Shown: positions 11,529 through 20,931 of the stretch, piece by piece
Layout of the letters: every line of letters starts with the position of its first letter
Numbering within the stretch: position 1 is the first letter of the stretch
Origin: Deltaproteobacteria bacterium
GTDB lineage: Bacteria; Desulfobacterota; Desulfomonilia; UBA1062
DNA length: 37,510 bases
Direction: 5' to 3'
NCBI GenBank assembly: GCA_029574005.1
Contig: JAKQBR010000080.1
Span: 1 to 37,510 of the forward strand
Made by a program: the position numbers and the translations under genes
The notes under the pieces: model-generated
Databases searched by the model: none
Told to the model about the DNA's origin: nothing
What the model saw: only the letters and a program-made list of their open reading frames with translations

Positions 11529-12535
11529 TGGCCGATACCGTCCTGCCCCTGGGCAAGCTGCCCGTCGAGCTCCTGGAAACCCTGCTCAAAGGCATCGCCG
11601 CCCACGACCCTAACCTCCTCGTCGGACCCAAGGTCGGCGAGGACGCGGCCGTGGTCAGGGTGGGCGATTCCAGGCTCATCTTCAAGACCGACCCCATCAC
11701 CTTCTTAAGCGAGGACCTGGCCTGGTATCTGGTCACGGTCAACGCCAATGACATCGCCTGCATGGGCGGCACCCCGCGCTACCTGCTGGTCACCGTGCTC
11801 CTGCCGCAGGGCACCACGGAAAAGGCAGTTGCAGACCTGTTCGGCGACCTGCAGAAGGCCAGCGCGGCCATGGACGTCACGTTGATCGGCGGGCACACCG
11901 AGATCACGTACGGGATCGATCGGCCGATCGCCATCGGGTTCATGATCGGCGGTCTGGATGGCCCTGTCATCGGCGCATCCGGGGCCAAACCCGGGGATGC
12001 GATCCTTTTGTCCAAGGCCATCCCGCTGGAGGCGACCTCTATCCTGGCGCGCCAGATGCCCGAACGACTGGGGCTCGAGCAAGACGTCCTGCGACAGGCG
12101 CGCGACCTCATCTTCACCCCCGGGATCAGCGTGGTCAAGGAGGCAAAAATCGCGGCGGCCATGGGAGCCACGGCCATGCATGACCCGACCGAGGGCGGGC
12201 TCGCCACCGGGTTGAGCGAACTGGCGCTGGCCTCAGGGTGTGGCGTGGAGGTGGAGGCCTCCAAGATCCCGGTCCTCCCCATCGCGGCCTCGCTCCTGCC
12301 CTCTCTGGGGATCGACCCCTTGGGCGCCATTGCCTCGGGGACGCTGATCGCCTGCTGTCCGCCTGAAAAGGCCGCGCCGATCCTCAAGGCCTGGCGGGAC
12401 GCCGGCATCGGGGGAGAACTGATCGGCCGCATGACCTCGGGCGGCCTGCGCATGCTCAAGGACGGGGCCGCCATGCCCCTGCCCCGGTTTGAGCGCGATG
12501 AGCTGGCGCGCTTCATGGAAGAGAAGGCAGGCTGA
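11528..12535 (+). CDS. AIR-synthase-related (PurM/HypE/ThiL superfamily) protein
   Basis: GKLP..LL, GP..GEDAAV, KTDPITF, NANDIA..G, GGHTE, MHDPTEGGL; TAATG stop/start overlap with folE2. Confidence 0.85.
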   Translation: MADTVLPLGKLPVELLETLLKGIAAHDPNLLVGPKVGEDAAVVRVGDSRLIFKTDPITFLSEDLAWYLVTVNANDIACMGGTPRYLLVTVLLPQGTTEKAVADLFGDLQKASAAMDVTLIGGHTEITYGIDRPIAIGFMIGGLDGPVIGASGAKPGDAILLSKAIPLEATSILARQMPERLGLEQDVLRQARDLIFTPGISVVKEAKIAAAMGATAMHDPTEGGLATGLSELALASGCGVEVEASKIPVLPIAASLLPSLGIDPLGAIASGTLIACCPPEKAAPILKAWRDAGIGGELIGRMTSGGLRMLKDGAAMPLPRFERDELARFMEEKAG

Positions 12536-12596
12536 AAAACCGCCCGCCTAAGAAAGCGGCCGCGGACTCCGGGCGGCTCGCCCGGCATAAGGACGC

Positions 12597-13043
12597 ATGG
12601 AGATACGTGAACTCACCAGAGGAGAACTGGACGATCTGCTCGGGCTCTACCGGCATTTGCATACCAGCGATGATCCCCGGCCGCCCAGGGTGGAGGTGGA
12701 ATCCCTCTGGAACGCCATCCATAAGAATCATGACCTGAGATATTTCGGGGTGTTCGTGCAGGGCAGGCTCGTATCCTCGTGCACCCTCGCGGTTGTCCCC
12801 AATCTGACACGCGGCTGCCGGCCGTACGGCGTGATCGAGAACGTGGTCACGCATGCCGAGTTCCGGCGCCAAGGCTACGGCATGGCCGTGCTCCGGCATG
12901 CCCTGGCCTGGGCCTGGAGAAAAAACTGCTACAAGGTCATGCTGCTGACCGGTCGCACGGACAAAGGGACATTGGCCTTCTACAAGAAGGCAGGCTTCGA
13001 CCCGGAGGCCAAGCAGGCCTTCCTGGCAAAGCCGCCCGCATAA
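12597..13043 (+). CDS. GNAT-family N-acetyltransferase
   Basis: IENVVTH..FRRQGYG acetyl-CoA motif, CYKVMLLTG, FYKKAGF. Confidence 0.9.
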   Translation: MEIRELTRGELDDLLGLYRHLHTSDDPRPPRVEVESLWNAIHKNHDLRYFGVFVQGRLVSSCTLAVVPNLTRGCRPYGVIENVVTHAEFRRQGYGMAVLRHALAWAWRKNCYKVMLLTGRTDKGTLAFYKKAGFDPEAKQAFLAKPPA

Positions 13044-13115
13044 GGCTCTGCCGCCCCATTTTGTCCCTGCGTATCGGCGCTTGACCCTGCACGGTTTTAC
13101 GGCTATAGCGAGCGC

Positions 13116-14267
13116 ATGCCGATCGAAACCGCCGCAATCCATGACAAGGAGGTCATCCTGGTGGGCACGGCCCATGTCTCGCATACCAGCGTGGATGAGG
13201 TCAGGCACGCCATCGCGGAGCACAAGCCCGATGTCGTGGCCGTGGAGCTCTGCCAGGCCCGCTCCGATGTCCTGAACAACCCGGCCGTCTGGCAGGAGAT
13301 GGACATCGTCAAGGTCGTGCGTGAAAAAAAGGCCTCGCTGCTCTTCGTCAATCTGCTCATGTCGTCGTTCCAGCGCCGCCTGGGCGCCAAGCTGGGCATC
13401 CGGCCGGGCGAGGAGATGCGCGCCGCCATCGAGGCCGCCCAGGCCGGCGGCATCCCCGTGGCTCTCATCGACCGTTCGATCCAGGTCACCCTGCAGCGCG
13501 CCTGGCAGGGACTCTCATTGACCGAGCGCCTGCGGCTGCTGTTCTCTTCCCTGGTCTCGATCTTCGCCGCCGAGGACTTGAGCGAGGAGGACGTCGAACA
13601 GCTCAAACAGCAGGACATGCTCTCCGCGGCCCTGGAAGAGGTCGCCAAGAAGACCCCGGTCATCAAGCAGGTGGTCCTGGACGAACGCGACATCTACATG
13701 GCGAAAAAGATATCCGACCTGGAAGGCAGGAAGGTCCTGGCCGTGGTCGGCATGGGGCATGTGCCGGGCATCGTGCCCCTTTTGGGCAAGGATGCCGATC
13801 TGGCGGCCCTGGAGTACGTCCAGCCCAAGAAGAAGAGCCTCTGGGGCTGGCTGTTCCCGGCCGTCATCGTGGCGTTCATCGCCCTGGGATTTTCCATGGG
13901 CAGCCCGCAGCAGGGCTATGCCATGGCCAAGTGGTGGATCATCTGCAATGCGGCCTTCGGCGCGCTTGGCGCGGTCATCGCCCTAAGCCATCCCATCACC
14001 ATCCTGGTGGCCGCGGCGGTCTCGCCCTTGACCACCTTGCACCCGGCCCTGGCATCGGGCTGGTTCGCGGGATTGAGCGAGGCCTACCTCAAGAAACCGA
14101 AGGTCAAAGACTTCGAGAACATCGCGACCGATATCATGAGCGTACGGGGCTTCTGGCACAACACCATCACCCGCATCCTCATGGTGGTCGTGCTCACCAA
14201 CCTCGGCAGCACGGCCGGGGCCTTGGTGGCCCTGCCCATCCTGACCAGGATCATGATCGCAGGCTAA
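13116..14267 (+). CDS. TraB/PrgY (pheromone-shutdown) family membrane protein
   Basis: LVGTAHVS, VAVELC..R, PGEEM, IDR.I..TL.R, LDERD.YMA, VVGMGH; C-terminal TM helices. Confidence 0.9.
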   Translation: MPIETAAIHDKEVILVGTAHVSHTSVDEVRHAIAEHKPDVVAVELCQARSDVLNNPAVWQEMDIVKVVREKKASLLFVNLLMSSFQRRLGAKLGIRPGEEMRAAIEAAQAGGIPVALIDRSIQVTLQRAWQGLSLTERLRLLFSSLVSIFAAEDLSEEDVEQLKQQDMLSAALEEVAKKTPVIKQVVLDERDIYMAKKISDLEGRKVLAVVGMGHVPGIVPLLGKDADLAALEYVQPKKKSLWGWLFPAVIVAFIALGFSMGSPQQGYAMAKWWIICNAAFGALGAVIALSHPITILVAAAVSPLTTLHPALASGWFAGLSEAYLKKPKVKDFENIATDIMSVRGFWHNTITRILMVVVLTNLGSTAGALVALPILTRIMIAG

Positions 14268-14896
14268 TCCAGCCGGTAAAAGTCCGCGCCCTGCCCCTCA
14301 ATGCCCAGATAAACGGCATGATCGGCGAAGGCCGGCACCACGATCAGCTCCGGAGACATGCACGCGCGGTGCAGATGGCCGCAGATGACGGTATCCACGC
14401 CTTTGGCGCGGGCGATGCCGGGGGATATGGAGCCGTGCGGCGGCCTGATCACGGCCGATGATCTCACCAGATATTCGGCCAGGCCGCGCTTGAGCCCCGG
14501 CTTCACGCACCGGTCGAGCATGCGCAGAAGCGGCCACCCCAGGGCATGCAGGCACTTGAACCCGATATCGCCCCGCAGAAGCATGTGGCCGTGGGTCAGC
14601 AGGAAGCGCCGGCCATCCATCTCTATCCGGAGCTCTTCACCCTCGATCAGGCCGGGAAAGGGGGGCGAAAGCAGAAAGTCACGGTTGCCGCGCATGACAT
14701 GGACGCCCGGATCGGTCAGGGCCGCGGCCACGTCCCGCACCTCGGCCTCCATCCCGGTATACCAGTATTCAAAGAGATCGCCCAGGATATAGATCTGTTC
14801 GGCGCGGGCCTTCAGCCTTTCCAGACAGGCGAGAAACCGACGCCGGTCACGAGCGTTCAATGGGCGCAGGTGGACATCCGCTAAGAAGGCGTACAT
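14264..14896 (-). CDS. lpxH: UDP-2,3-diacylglucosamine hydrolase (metallophosphoesterase)
   Basis: ADVHL, ILGDLFEYW, GNRDFL, THGH, GHLH; start moved to ATG 14896. Confidence 0.8.
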   Translation of the reverse strand: MYAFLADVHLRPLNARDRRRFLACLERLKARAEQIYILGDLFEYWYTGMEAEVRDVAAALTDPGVHVMRGNRDFLLSPPFPGLIEGEELRIEMDGRRFLLTHGHMLLRGDIGFKCLHALGWPLLRMLDRCVKPGLKRGLAEYLVRSSAVIRPPHGSISPGIARAKGVDTVICGHLHRACMSPELIVVPAFADHAVYLGIEGQGADFYRLD

Positions 14897-15046
14897 GCGA
14901 TCATTCAAACAGAAAAAGCTTGATCTATCAATGCCCAGCTTATATATAAAGACAACTTTGCCGAAACCTGCGGCAGCGTAGATATGCGACGCCGCATAAA
15001 GGCGCACCGGCCAAGGATTTGGTCAGGACGGAGGGGGTTGCAGGGC

Positions 15047-16786
15047 ATGGATTGGAAAGAGCACGGGCAAGCATTACGAACGGCACTGCTCTTCATCATC
15101 CTGTATGCCGCCATCTTGGGCGGATCCTGGCTGTATCTGAAGAGCGACGACCTGCACGCCGAGATCGTGAAGCCCGCCCCGGTTCAGAAGGTACGCCATG
15201 CGGCCCCGGCCGCCAGGCAGGCCTCCGAGGAAAGCTCTTCCAGGCTCATCCGCAAAGAGTATACCGTGGACAAGGGCGACTCCTTCTTCGAGATCCTCAA
15301 GGAGAACGGCGTCTCCGGCGAAGAGGCCCTGGATATCATCCGCGCGGTGAGGCCCGTGTTCAATACCGCCAAGATTCATCCCGGCAACACCATTACCCTG
15401 GTCTTCTGCCCCGACAACGAAAGCCTGTGCGAATTGCAGTACGAGATCAGCGACCTCAAGAGGCTGGTCGTAAGCGTCAAGGGCGACAAGATCCGCGCGC
15501 GCCGCATGGATGTGGAGCAGGAAGAGCATGTCGTGGCCGAGGATGACGCCCAGCCGCCCGAAGGCAAGGACCAGACGGCGGCCGTACCCGCCGCCCCGCG
15601 CGCGCCGGCTGAAGAAAGGCTGGCGCATGGCTTGCGCCAGGTCGAGGTGAAGATCAAGAAAGGACAGAACCTGTTCGATATCCTGCGCAACCGCGGGGTC
15701 AGCGCCGCCGAGATCGACGCCTTCGCCAAGGCCACCAGAAAGGTGTACAACCCGCGGGGCATCCGCCCCGGCAATACCATAACCGCCTGGTTCACGCTGG
15801 AAGCGCCGACCCACGTCAAGCGGCTCACCTATGAGATCGACGACCGCTCCTACCTGGATGTCCGCTCCGAAGGCGACTCAGCCTTCAAGGCCCGCATCCG
15901 CACGCTGGAGCTCGATACCGTCATCGAACACGGCAGCGGCACCATCACCAACAGCCTCTATGAATCGGCGCGCGCCGAAGGGATCAACCACGAGGTCGTG
16001 ATGGAACTCGTGGACATCTACGCCTGGAACATCAATTTCTTCAACGACATCCAGCCGGGTGACACCTACAGCGTGCTCTACGAAAAGTACTACGTCAAGG
16101 ACCGCTTCAAGGGTTTCGGAAGGGTCCTGGCCGCCAATTTCGTCAACCAGGGCGAGAGTCATGTCGCCATCTACTACGAGAACGAGCGCCGGGGCATCCG
16201 GGGCTACTATGATGAGAACGGCAAACCCTTGAAGAAGATGTTCCTCAAGGCCCCGCTCAACTACCGCCGCATTTCCTCAGGCTTCACTCACAGCCGCAAA
16301 CATCCGATCTTCAACGTCAACCGGCCGCATCTGGGCGTGGACTACGCCGCGCCGACCGGCACGCCGGTCTGCGCGCTCGGTGCGGGAAAGGTGGCCTTCC
16401 GCGGCTGGATCAGAGGCTACGGCAACACCATCCGCGTCAAGCACCCGGAGGGCTATGTCAGCCACTACGCGCATCTCTCGCGCTTTTCCAAAGGCCTGGC
16501 CGTGGGAAAAAAGGTCGATCAGGGCGACGTGATCGGCTATGTCGGTTCGACCGGCTATTCCACCGGGCCGCACCTGGACTTCCGCGTCAGCCGTCACGGC
16601 ACGTTCGTCAACCCGCTGGCATTGAAATCAGTCAACGGCCCGGCCCTGCACGGCAAGGCCCTGGCCGAGTTCAAGCGCATGTCCGCCCAGCGCATGGCCA
16701 TGCTCTCGGAACCGAGTATGAGGGTGGCTCTCGACCATCTGGACAGGCCGGAGCAGGCGGGTCCCAAGATCGCCGCAGGGAGGTAA
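15047..16786 (+). CDS. M23-family peptidoglycan DD-metalloendopeptidase (MepM/Csd3-like) with N-terminal TM anchor
   Basis: HLGVDYAAPTGTP, GYGN, YAHL, VGSTG.STGPHL; two LysM/OapA-like repeats. Confidence 0.92.
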   Translation: MDWKEHGQALRTALLFIILYAAILGGSWLYLKSDDLHAEIVKPAPVQKVRHAAPAARQASEESSSRLIRKEYTVDKGDSFFEILKENGVSGEEALDIIRAVRPVFNTAKIHPGNTITLVFCPDNESLCELQYEISDLKRLVVSVKGDKIRARRMDVEQEEHVVAEDDAQPPEGKDQTAAVPAAPRAPAEERLAHGLRQVEVKIKKGQNLFDILRNRGVSAAEIDAFAKATRKVYNPRGIRPGNTITAWFTLEAPTHVKRLTYEIDDRSYLDVRSEGDSAFKARIRTLELDTVIEHGSGTITNSLYESARAEGINHEVVMELVDIYAWNINFFNDIQPGDTYSVLYEKYYVKDRFKGFGRVLAANFVNQGESHVAIYYENERRGIRGYYDENGKPLKKMFLKAPLNYRRISSGFTHSRKHPIFNVNRPHLGVDYAAPTGTPVCALGAGKVAFRGWIRGYGNTIRVKHPEGYVSHYAHLSRFSKGLAVGKKVDQGDVIGYVGSTGYSTGPHLDFRVSRHGTFVNPLALKSVNGPALHGKALAEFKRMSAQRMAMLSEPSMRVALDHLDRPEQAGPKIAAGR

Positions 16787-16789
16787 GAT

Positions 16790-17536
16790 ATGAGTCCGTA
16801 TGCCGTTATCACCATCGTCGTCATCATCCTGCTTTTTCTCTTCGCCTCCATCAAGATCCTCAACGAGTATGAGCGCGCCGTGGTCTTCCGCCTGGGCCGC
16901 GTGATGTCCGCGCCCAAGGGGCCCGGCATCATCATCATCATCCCGGTCATCGACCGCTTCGTGCGCATCAGCCTTCGCACCATCGTGCAGGACGTCCCCA
17001 AGCAGGACGTGATCACGCGCGACAACGTCACGGTCAAGGTCAATGCCGTCGTCTATTTCCGCGTCATCGAACCGCTGAAGAGCGTGATCGAGGTCGAAAA
17101 CTATCTCTACGCCACCAGCCAGCTGAGCCAGACCACCCTGCGCTCGGTCTGCGGCCAGGCCGAGCTGGACGAGCTGCTGGCCAAGCGCGAAGAGGTCAGC
17201 TCGCATATCCAGGACATCCTGGACCGCCAGACCGAACCGTGGGGCATCAAGGTCAGCGCCGTGGAGCTCAAGCACATCGACCTGCCCGAGGAGATGCAGC
17301 GCGCCATGGCCAAACAGGCCGAGGCCGAACGCGAACGCCGCGCCAAGGTCATCCATGCCGAGGGCGAGTCCCAGGCCGCCCAGATGCTCTTCGAGGCCGC
17401 CCAGGTCCTTTCCAAGGACCCGGCCGCCCTGCAGCTGCGCTTCCTCCAGACCATCCGCGAAATATCGGCCGAGAAGTCCACCAACACCATCATCCCTCTG
17501 CCGATCGATATCATCTCGCCGTTTTTGAAAAAGTAA
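16790..17536 (+). CDS. SPFH/stomatin (slipin) family protein
   Basis: [45 protein letters not shown]. Confidence 0.94.
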   Translation: MSPYAVITIVVIILLFLFASIKILNEYERAVVFRLGRVMSAPKGPGIIIIIPVIDRFVRISLRTIVQDVPKQDVITRDNVTVKVNAVVYFRVIEPLKSVIEVENYLYATSQLSQTTLRSVCGQAELDELLAKREEVSSHIQDILDRQTEPWGIKVSAVELKHIDLPEEMQRAMAKQAEAERERRAKVIHAEGESQAAQMLFEAAQVLSKDPAALQLRFLQTIREISAEKSTNTIIPLPIDIISPFLKK

Positions 17537-17543
17537 GCCTGGC

Positions 17544-18293
17544 ATGAGAAGCTCGGACGAGCTGATCATCACCAGCAGGCACAACCCTCATTTCAAGGCT
17601 CTCGCCCGGGCACGACAGGACAAGGACCTGCTGGCCCTGGAGGGCCGCCGGCTGGTCGAAGAGGCGCTCTCACGCGGGTTCACCCCGCACCTGTGCGCCG
17701 TGACGCCTGAATACCTCGCGCTCAACGGGCCGCCGGCCGCACCGTATCAGGTGCTGAGCGAGGACCTCCTGGCCAACCTGAGCGACACCCGCACGCCGCA
17801 GGGGATCATGCTCTTCGTGAACCGCCCCTATGCCGCGCTCTCGGAGGCCGCCCGCCATGACAGACTGATCATCTTGGACGGCGTGCAGGACCCCGGCAAT
17901 GTCGGCACCATCGTGCGCACCGCCGAGGCCTTCGGGTTCGGCGGCCTCATCATCACGCCGGGTACGGCCTCGCCGTATTCGGACAAGGCCGTACGCGCAT
18001 CCATGGGCTCGTTCCTGGGCGTCGCGATCGCAAAGGCCGATTATGCGGGGCTTTCCACCCTTGACCACCGGCTCATCGGCCTGGCCGCGCAGGCCCCCAC
18101 CCCGCTGAGGAGCGGCCTTTTCACCGGCCGCTACGCCATCTGCCTCGGCCAGGAAGGCCGGGGCCTGAGCCCCTCGCTGCTGGCGCAAACGAAGACCTTG
18201 GTCTCCATCGCCATGCCGGGCCCCACGGAATCGCTCAATGTGGCCGTGGCAGCCGGCATCGTCATGGCCTGCGCCGCCGGTGCAGTCTGCTGA
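17544..18293 (+). CDS. TrmH/SpoU-family RNA 2'-O-methyltransferase
   Basis: LDGVQDPGNVGTIVRTA, GQEGRG, ESLNVAVAAG. Confidence 0.92.
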   Translation: MRSSDELIITSRHNPHFKALARARQDKDLLALEGRRLVEEALSRGFTPHLCAVTPEYLALNGPPAAPYQVLSEDLLANLSDTRTPQGIMLFVNRPYAALSEAARHDRLIILDGVQDPGNVGTIVRTAEAFGFGGLIITPGTASPYSDKAVRASMGSFLGVAIAKADYAGLSTLDHRLIGLAAQAPTPLRSGLFTGRYAICLGQEGRGLSPSLLAQTKTLVSIAMPGPTESLNVAVAAGIVMACAAGAVC

Positions 18294-18393
18294 ACGGAAA
18301 CGGAAACACCCCCCTGTAATCCTGGCTTCAAGAAAGACCGATATACACCCTCAGACACCCACAACCGCAAGAGAGAAGGAACGGAAAAGAACC

Positions 18394-19659
18394 ATGCTGC
18401 AGCCAGAACGATATTCGCAAGCGGAGATCCGGAAGATCCAGCGTGCCTGCTGCCGCGTCTTCATGAGCGAGAAGGCCATGCGATCGGTGGTGGTCTCCGA
18501 GAACCAGCGCAAGGTCCTGCGCTACCCATTTCTGGAACAGCTTACCTATGAGGAGGTCAAGCGGGCCTACCGGTCGAACGTCATGGCCTACCACCCGGAC
18601 CGCCATCAGGACAAGCGTCCCGAGGATATCGACTTCTTCGCCCGTCATCTCGAAGGTCTCAATGATTCCTATGAACTGCTGACTACGGTTTTCAAGGGGA
18701 AAAGGCCGGAGGAGACCGCTACCCATCAAGGCCGAAGCCGTATCATCGCGGTCGGGGGAGCCAAGGGCGGGATCGGCAAGAGCATCTTCGCGGCCAACCT
18801 CGGCATGCAACTCAGCTCGCTGGGGTTCAGGACCGCCGTGGTAGACCTGGATCTGGGCGGGTCGAACATCCACATCTATCTCGGCCTCAACCAGATCCCG
18901 GAAACGACACTCAACGACTTCATGAATCGCAGGATCGCATCCTTAGCCGGGGCCGTCGTCCGTCCGGCGCACGGCCCCATGCTTATCGCCGGGAACAATG
19001 GCGAGCTCGGGGCGGCCAATATCCCCTTTCAGACCAAGATGCGCCTGATCGATAACATCGCCAAACTCGACGCCGATTATGTGATCCTCGACCTCGGCGG
19101 CAGCACGGATTTCAACACCCTGGATTTTTTCCTTGCCGCGGACCTCGGGATCGTCCTAACCACGCTCGACCAGCCGGCCTACCTGGAGGCCTACGCCTTC
19201 ATCAAGACCGCCCTGCAGCGCAAGCTCAACCGACTCTTCGGCGCCGATTCCCCCTTCCCGGCCCGCAGCAATGCAGTGCTCAAACAGATCGTACAGGACG
19301 GAACCCGCCCGCCCGACAATGACCATCCCCGTACCATCCAGGACCTGCTCGCGGCGGTGGCGCATGAGGACCCGGTCAGCCTGCCGCTCATCACGGACGA
19401 GATCCTGAACTTCTCGCCCTGCCTGGTGATCAATCGCTGCTTTGACCGCCAGGCCGCCCTCAAAGTGGCCGCGACCCTGCGCTCCGTGGCCTGCCAGCGC
19501 CTGTCCATCGATATCAACCATGTCGGCACCATCTCCAAGCACCCCTTTATCGAGCACAGCACCTCGTATCTCCACCATCCCCTTGTCTTGCGGCCGGGCG
19601 CAGAGCGATTCAACGACGAGATGAGATCCATCGCCGGCACGCTGGGTCTGATACGCTAG
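18394..19659 (+). CDS. J-domain (DnaJ-like) / MinD-FlhG-family ATPase fusion protein
   Basis: EEVKRAYR...YHPDRH J-domain; IIAVGGAKGGIGKS deviant Walker A; VDLDLGGSN, ILDLGG; ATG at 18394. Confidence 0.85.
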   Translation: MLQPERYSQAEIRKIQRACCRVFMSEKAMRSVVVSENQRKVLRYPFLEQLTYEEVKRAYRSNVMAYHPDRHQDKRPEDIDFFARHLEGLNDSYELLTTVFKGKRPEETATHQGRSRIIAVGGAKGGIGKSIFAANLGMQLSSLGFRTAVVDLDLGGSNIHIYLGLNQIPETTLNDFMNRRIASLAGAVVRPAHGPMLIAGNNGELGAANIPFQTKMRLIDNIAKLDADYVILDLGGSTDFNTLDFFLAADLGIVLTTLDQPAYLEAYAFIKTALQRKLNRLFGADSPFPARSNAVLKQIVQDGTRPPDNDHPRTIQDLLAAVAHEDPVSLPLITDEILNFSPCLVINRCFDRQAALKVAATLRSVACQRLSIDINHVGTISKHPFIEHSTSYLHHPLVLRPGAERFNDEMRSIAGTLGLIR

Positions 19660-19665
19660 CAACCC

Positions 19666-20322
19666 ATGGACATGAATATCGATGGAGAGGGGATGAAGCC
19701 TCAGCGCATTCTTGTCTTCCAGCAGGAAGGAAGCGCAGAGAGTAAGATCCGAGGGATCCGTCAATACGGCGGGGAACGTTTCATCATCGAGACGTACGAT
19801 ATCGACGCCCCGCTGCCCTCCTTCATCGAGGACGGCTGCGCGTATCTCCCGGACACCCTTGCCGCTGATCTCGTCCTTGATTATCTGAGACGGCTCGATC
19901 TTTCCCATGACCTGTGGTCTTTCTGCGAGAGGAACGCGGTGCCGGTGGTTGCGTCAAGCAAGAAGGGTGCCGGCGCCTGGGCTGTCACACCGCGGACCTG
20001 CTGCGCCTTGCCCAAGATGGAAAAGCTGGGTGCCTACGGCAGGCTCTTCGGCGCCCCGGAGCTGGAGGTCACCGTGACAGACGGCAGGATTGCCGGGATC
20101 TCCGTGCGGCGCGGCGCTCCCTGCGGGGCGACCTGGGATGCGGCGAGGCGGGTGATCGGGGTGAGGGTCGAGGAGGCGCCCGCCGCCATCGGCCTCACGG
20201 TGCAGTACCATTGCACCGCCGATCCATCCGGGTGGGACGTGATGCACGGCAGAAGCGCGGTGCATATCGCGGCCGAGCTCCACTCCTCCGCGCTGAAAAA
20301 GGCCATCGATCAGGCATCGTGA
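19666..20322 (+). CDS. DUF166-family protein
   Basis: TPRTCCAL...FGAPELEV...RGAPCGATW..A...YHC.A.......IAAELH pattern recalled for DUF166. Confidence 0.75.
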   Translation: MDMNIDGEGMKPQRILVFQQEGSAESKIRGIRQYGGERFIIETYDIDAPLPSFIEDGCAYLPDTLAADLVLDYLRRLDLSHDLWSFCERNAVPVVASSKKGAGAWAVTPRTCCALPKMEKLGAYGRLFGAPELEVTVTDGRIAGISVRRGAPCGATWDAARRVIGVRVEEAPAAIGLTVQYHCTADPSGWDVMHGRSAVHIAAELHSSALKKAIDQAS

Positions 20323-20336
20323 CAGGGGGGCGGGGT

Positions 20337-20864
20337 ATGTCAAGATCGAGAGCCAAGCATCTGGACACGGTTTTTTACGAGAAGGACAAGACCAACCATC
20401 CCGGACGGTTCGTCCGGCGCAGATTCAGGGACCCCCTGCATTTTCTGCACAACCTGATCGATCTGCTCAAGTACACGCCCGATCTGATCCGCGTCTACCT
20501 TTTGAGGGCCATATCGCCCCGCTTGCGCGAGAAGCTCATGTTGACGGTAGCGATGACGAACGATTGCCCGTCCTGAACCTGCGCCCATCAGCGATTCGGT
20601 CGAATCGCGGGTTTGAACGACAACGAGATGCAGCTCTTAGGCCCCCTTAGAAAGGACGACTTCGACGAACGGGAGTGGGCGGCGTTGCAGTGGGCCCGCA
20701 CCATTGTCCTCTTTGAAGGGGCCTTCCCAGACCCGCGCGTGGACGCGGAGTTCCGTAGCAGCTATGCCTTCGGCGAGCGGAAGGCCATCTTCGCCACCGT
20801 CAAGCTGATGCTCTTCTTCAACATGCTCGCCAACAGCATGAACAGCCAAGGTCAACCCCGCTGA
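20337..20864 (+). CDS. AhpD/carboxymuconolactone-decarboxylase-like protein, probable selenoprotein (CxxU; TGA at 20574-20576)
   Basis: ORFs 19914..20576 and 20613..20864 share a frame, separated only by one TGA: LREKLMLTVAMTNDCPS-U-TCAHQRFGRIAGL...EREWAALQWAR matches the AhpD core RE...V...NxCxxC..H....GL. Hairpin follows the TGA. Confidence 0.85.
20577..20612 (+). promoter_or_regulatory. Putative bacterial SECIS element
   Basis: Perfect stem GCGATTC/GAATCGC (20591-20597/20602-20608) with apical loop GGTC, 21 nt after the UGA. Confidence 0.75.
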
Positions 20865-20931
20865 AGAATACCCGTCGGTCCAGTGAGGGCGTGCACAGCC
20901 TGAGCCCTTTGAGGTCGGTCGCGGTCGTCTT

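Noticed and set aside
11528-12535. Selenophosphate synthetase SelD or true HypE
   Set aside because: Lacks the SelD N-terminal C/U-x-x-K motif and the HypE C-terminal PRIC motif.
18285-18330. Sec read-through at the TrmH stop (C-TGA), and at the TGA stops of DUF166, MATE, polyferredoxin and the CCG protein
   Set aside because: These domains are complete at the stop, and I saw no SECIS-like hairpin or convincing downstream coding continuation.
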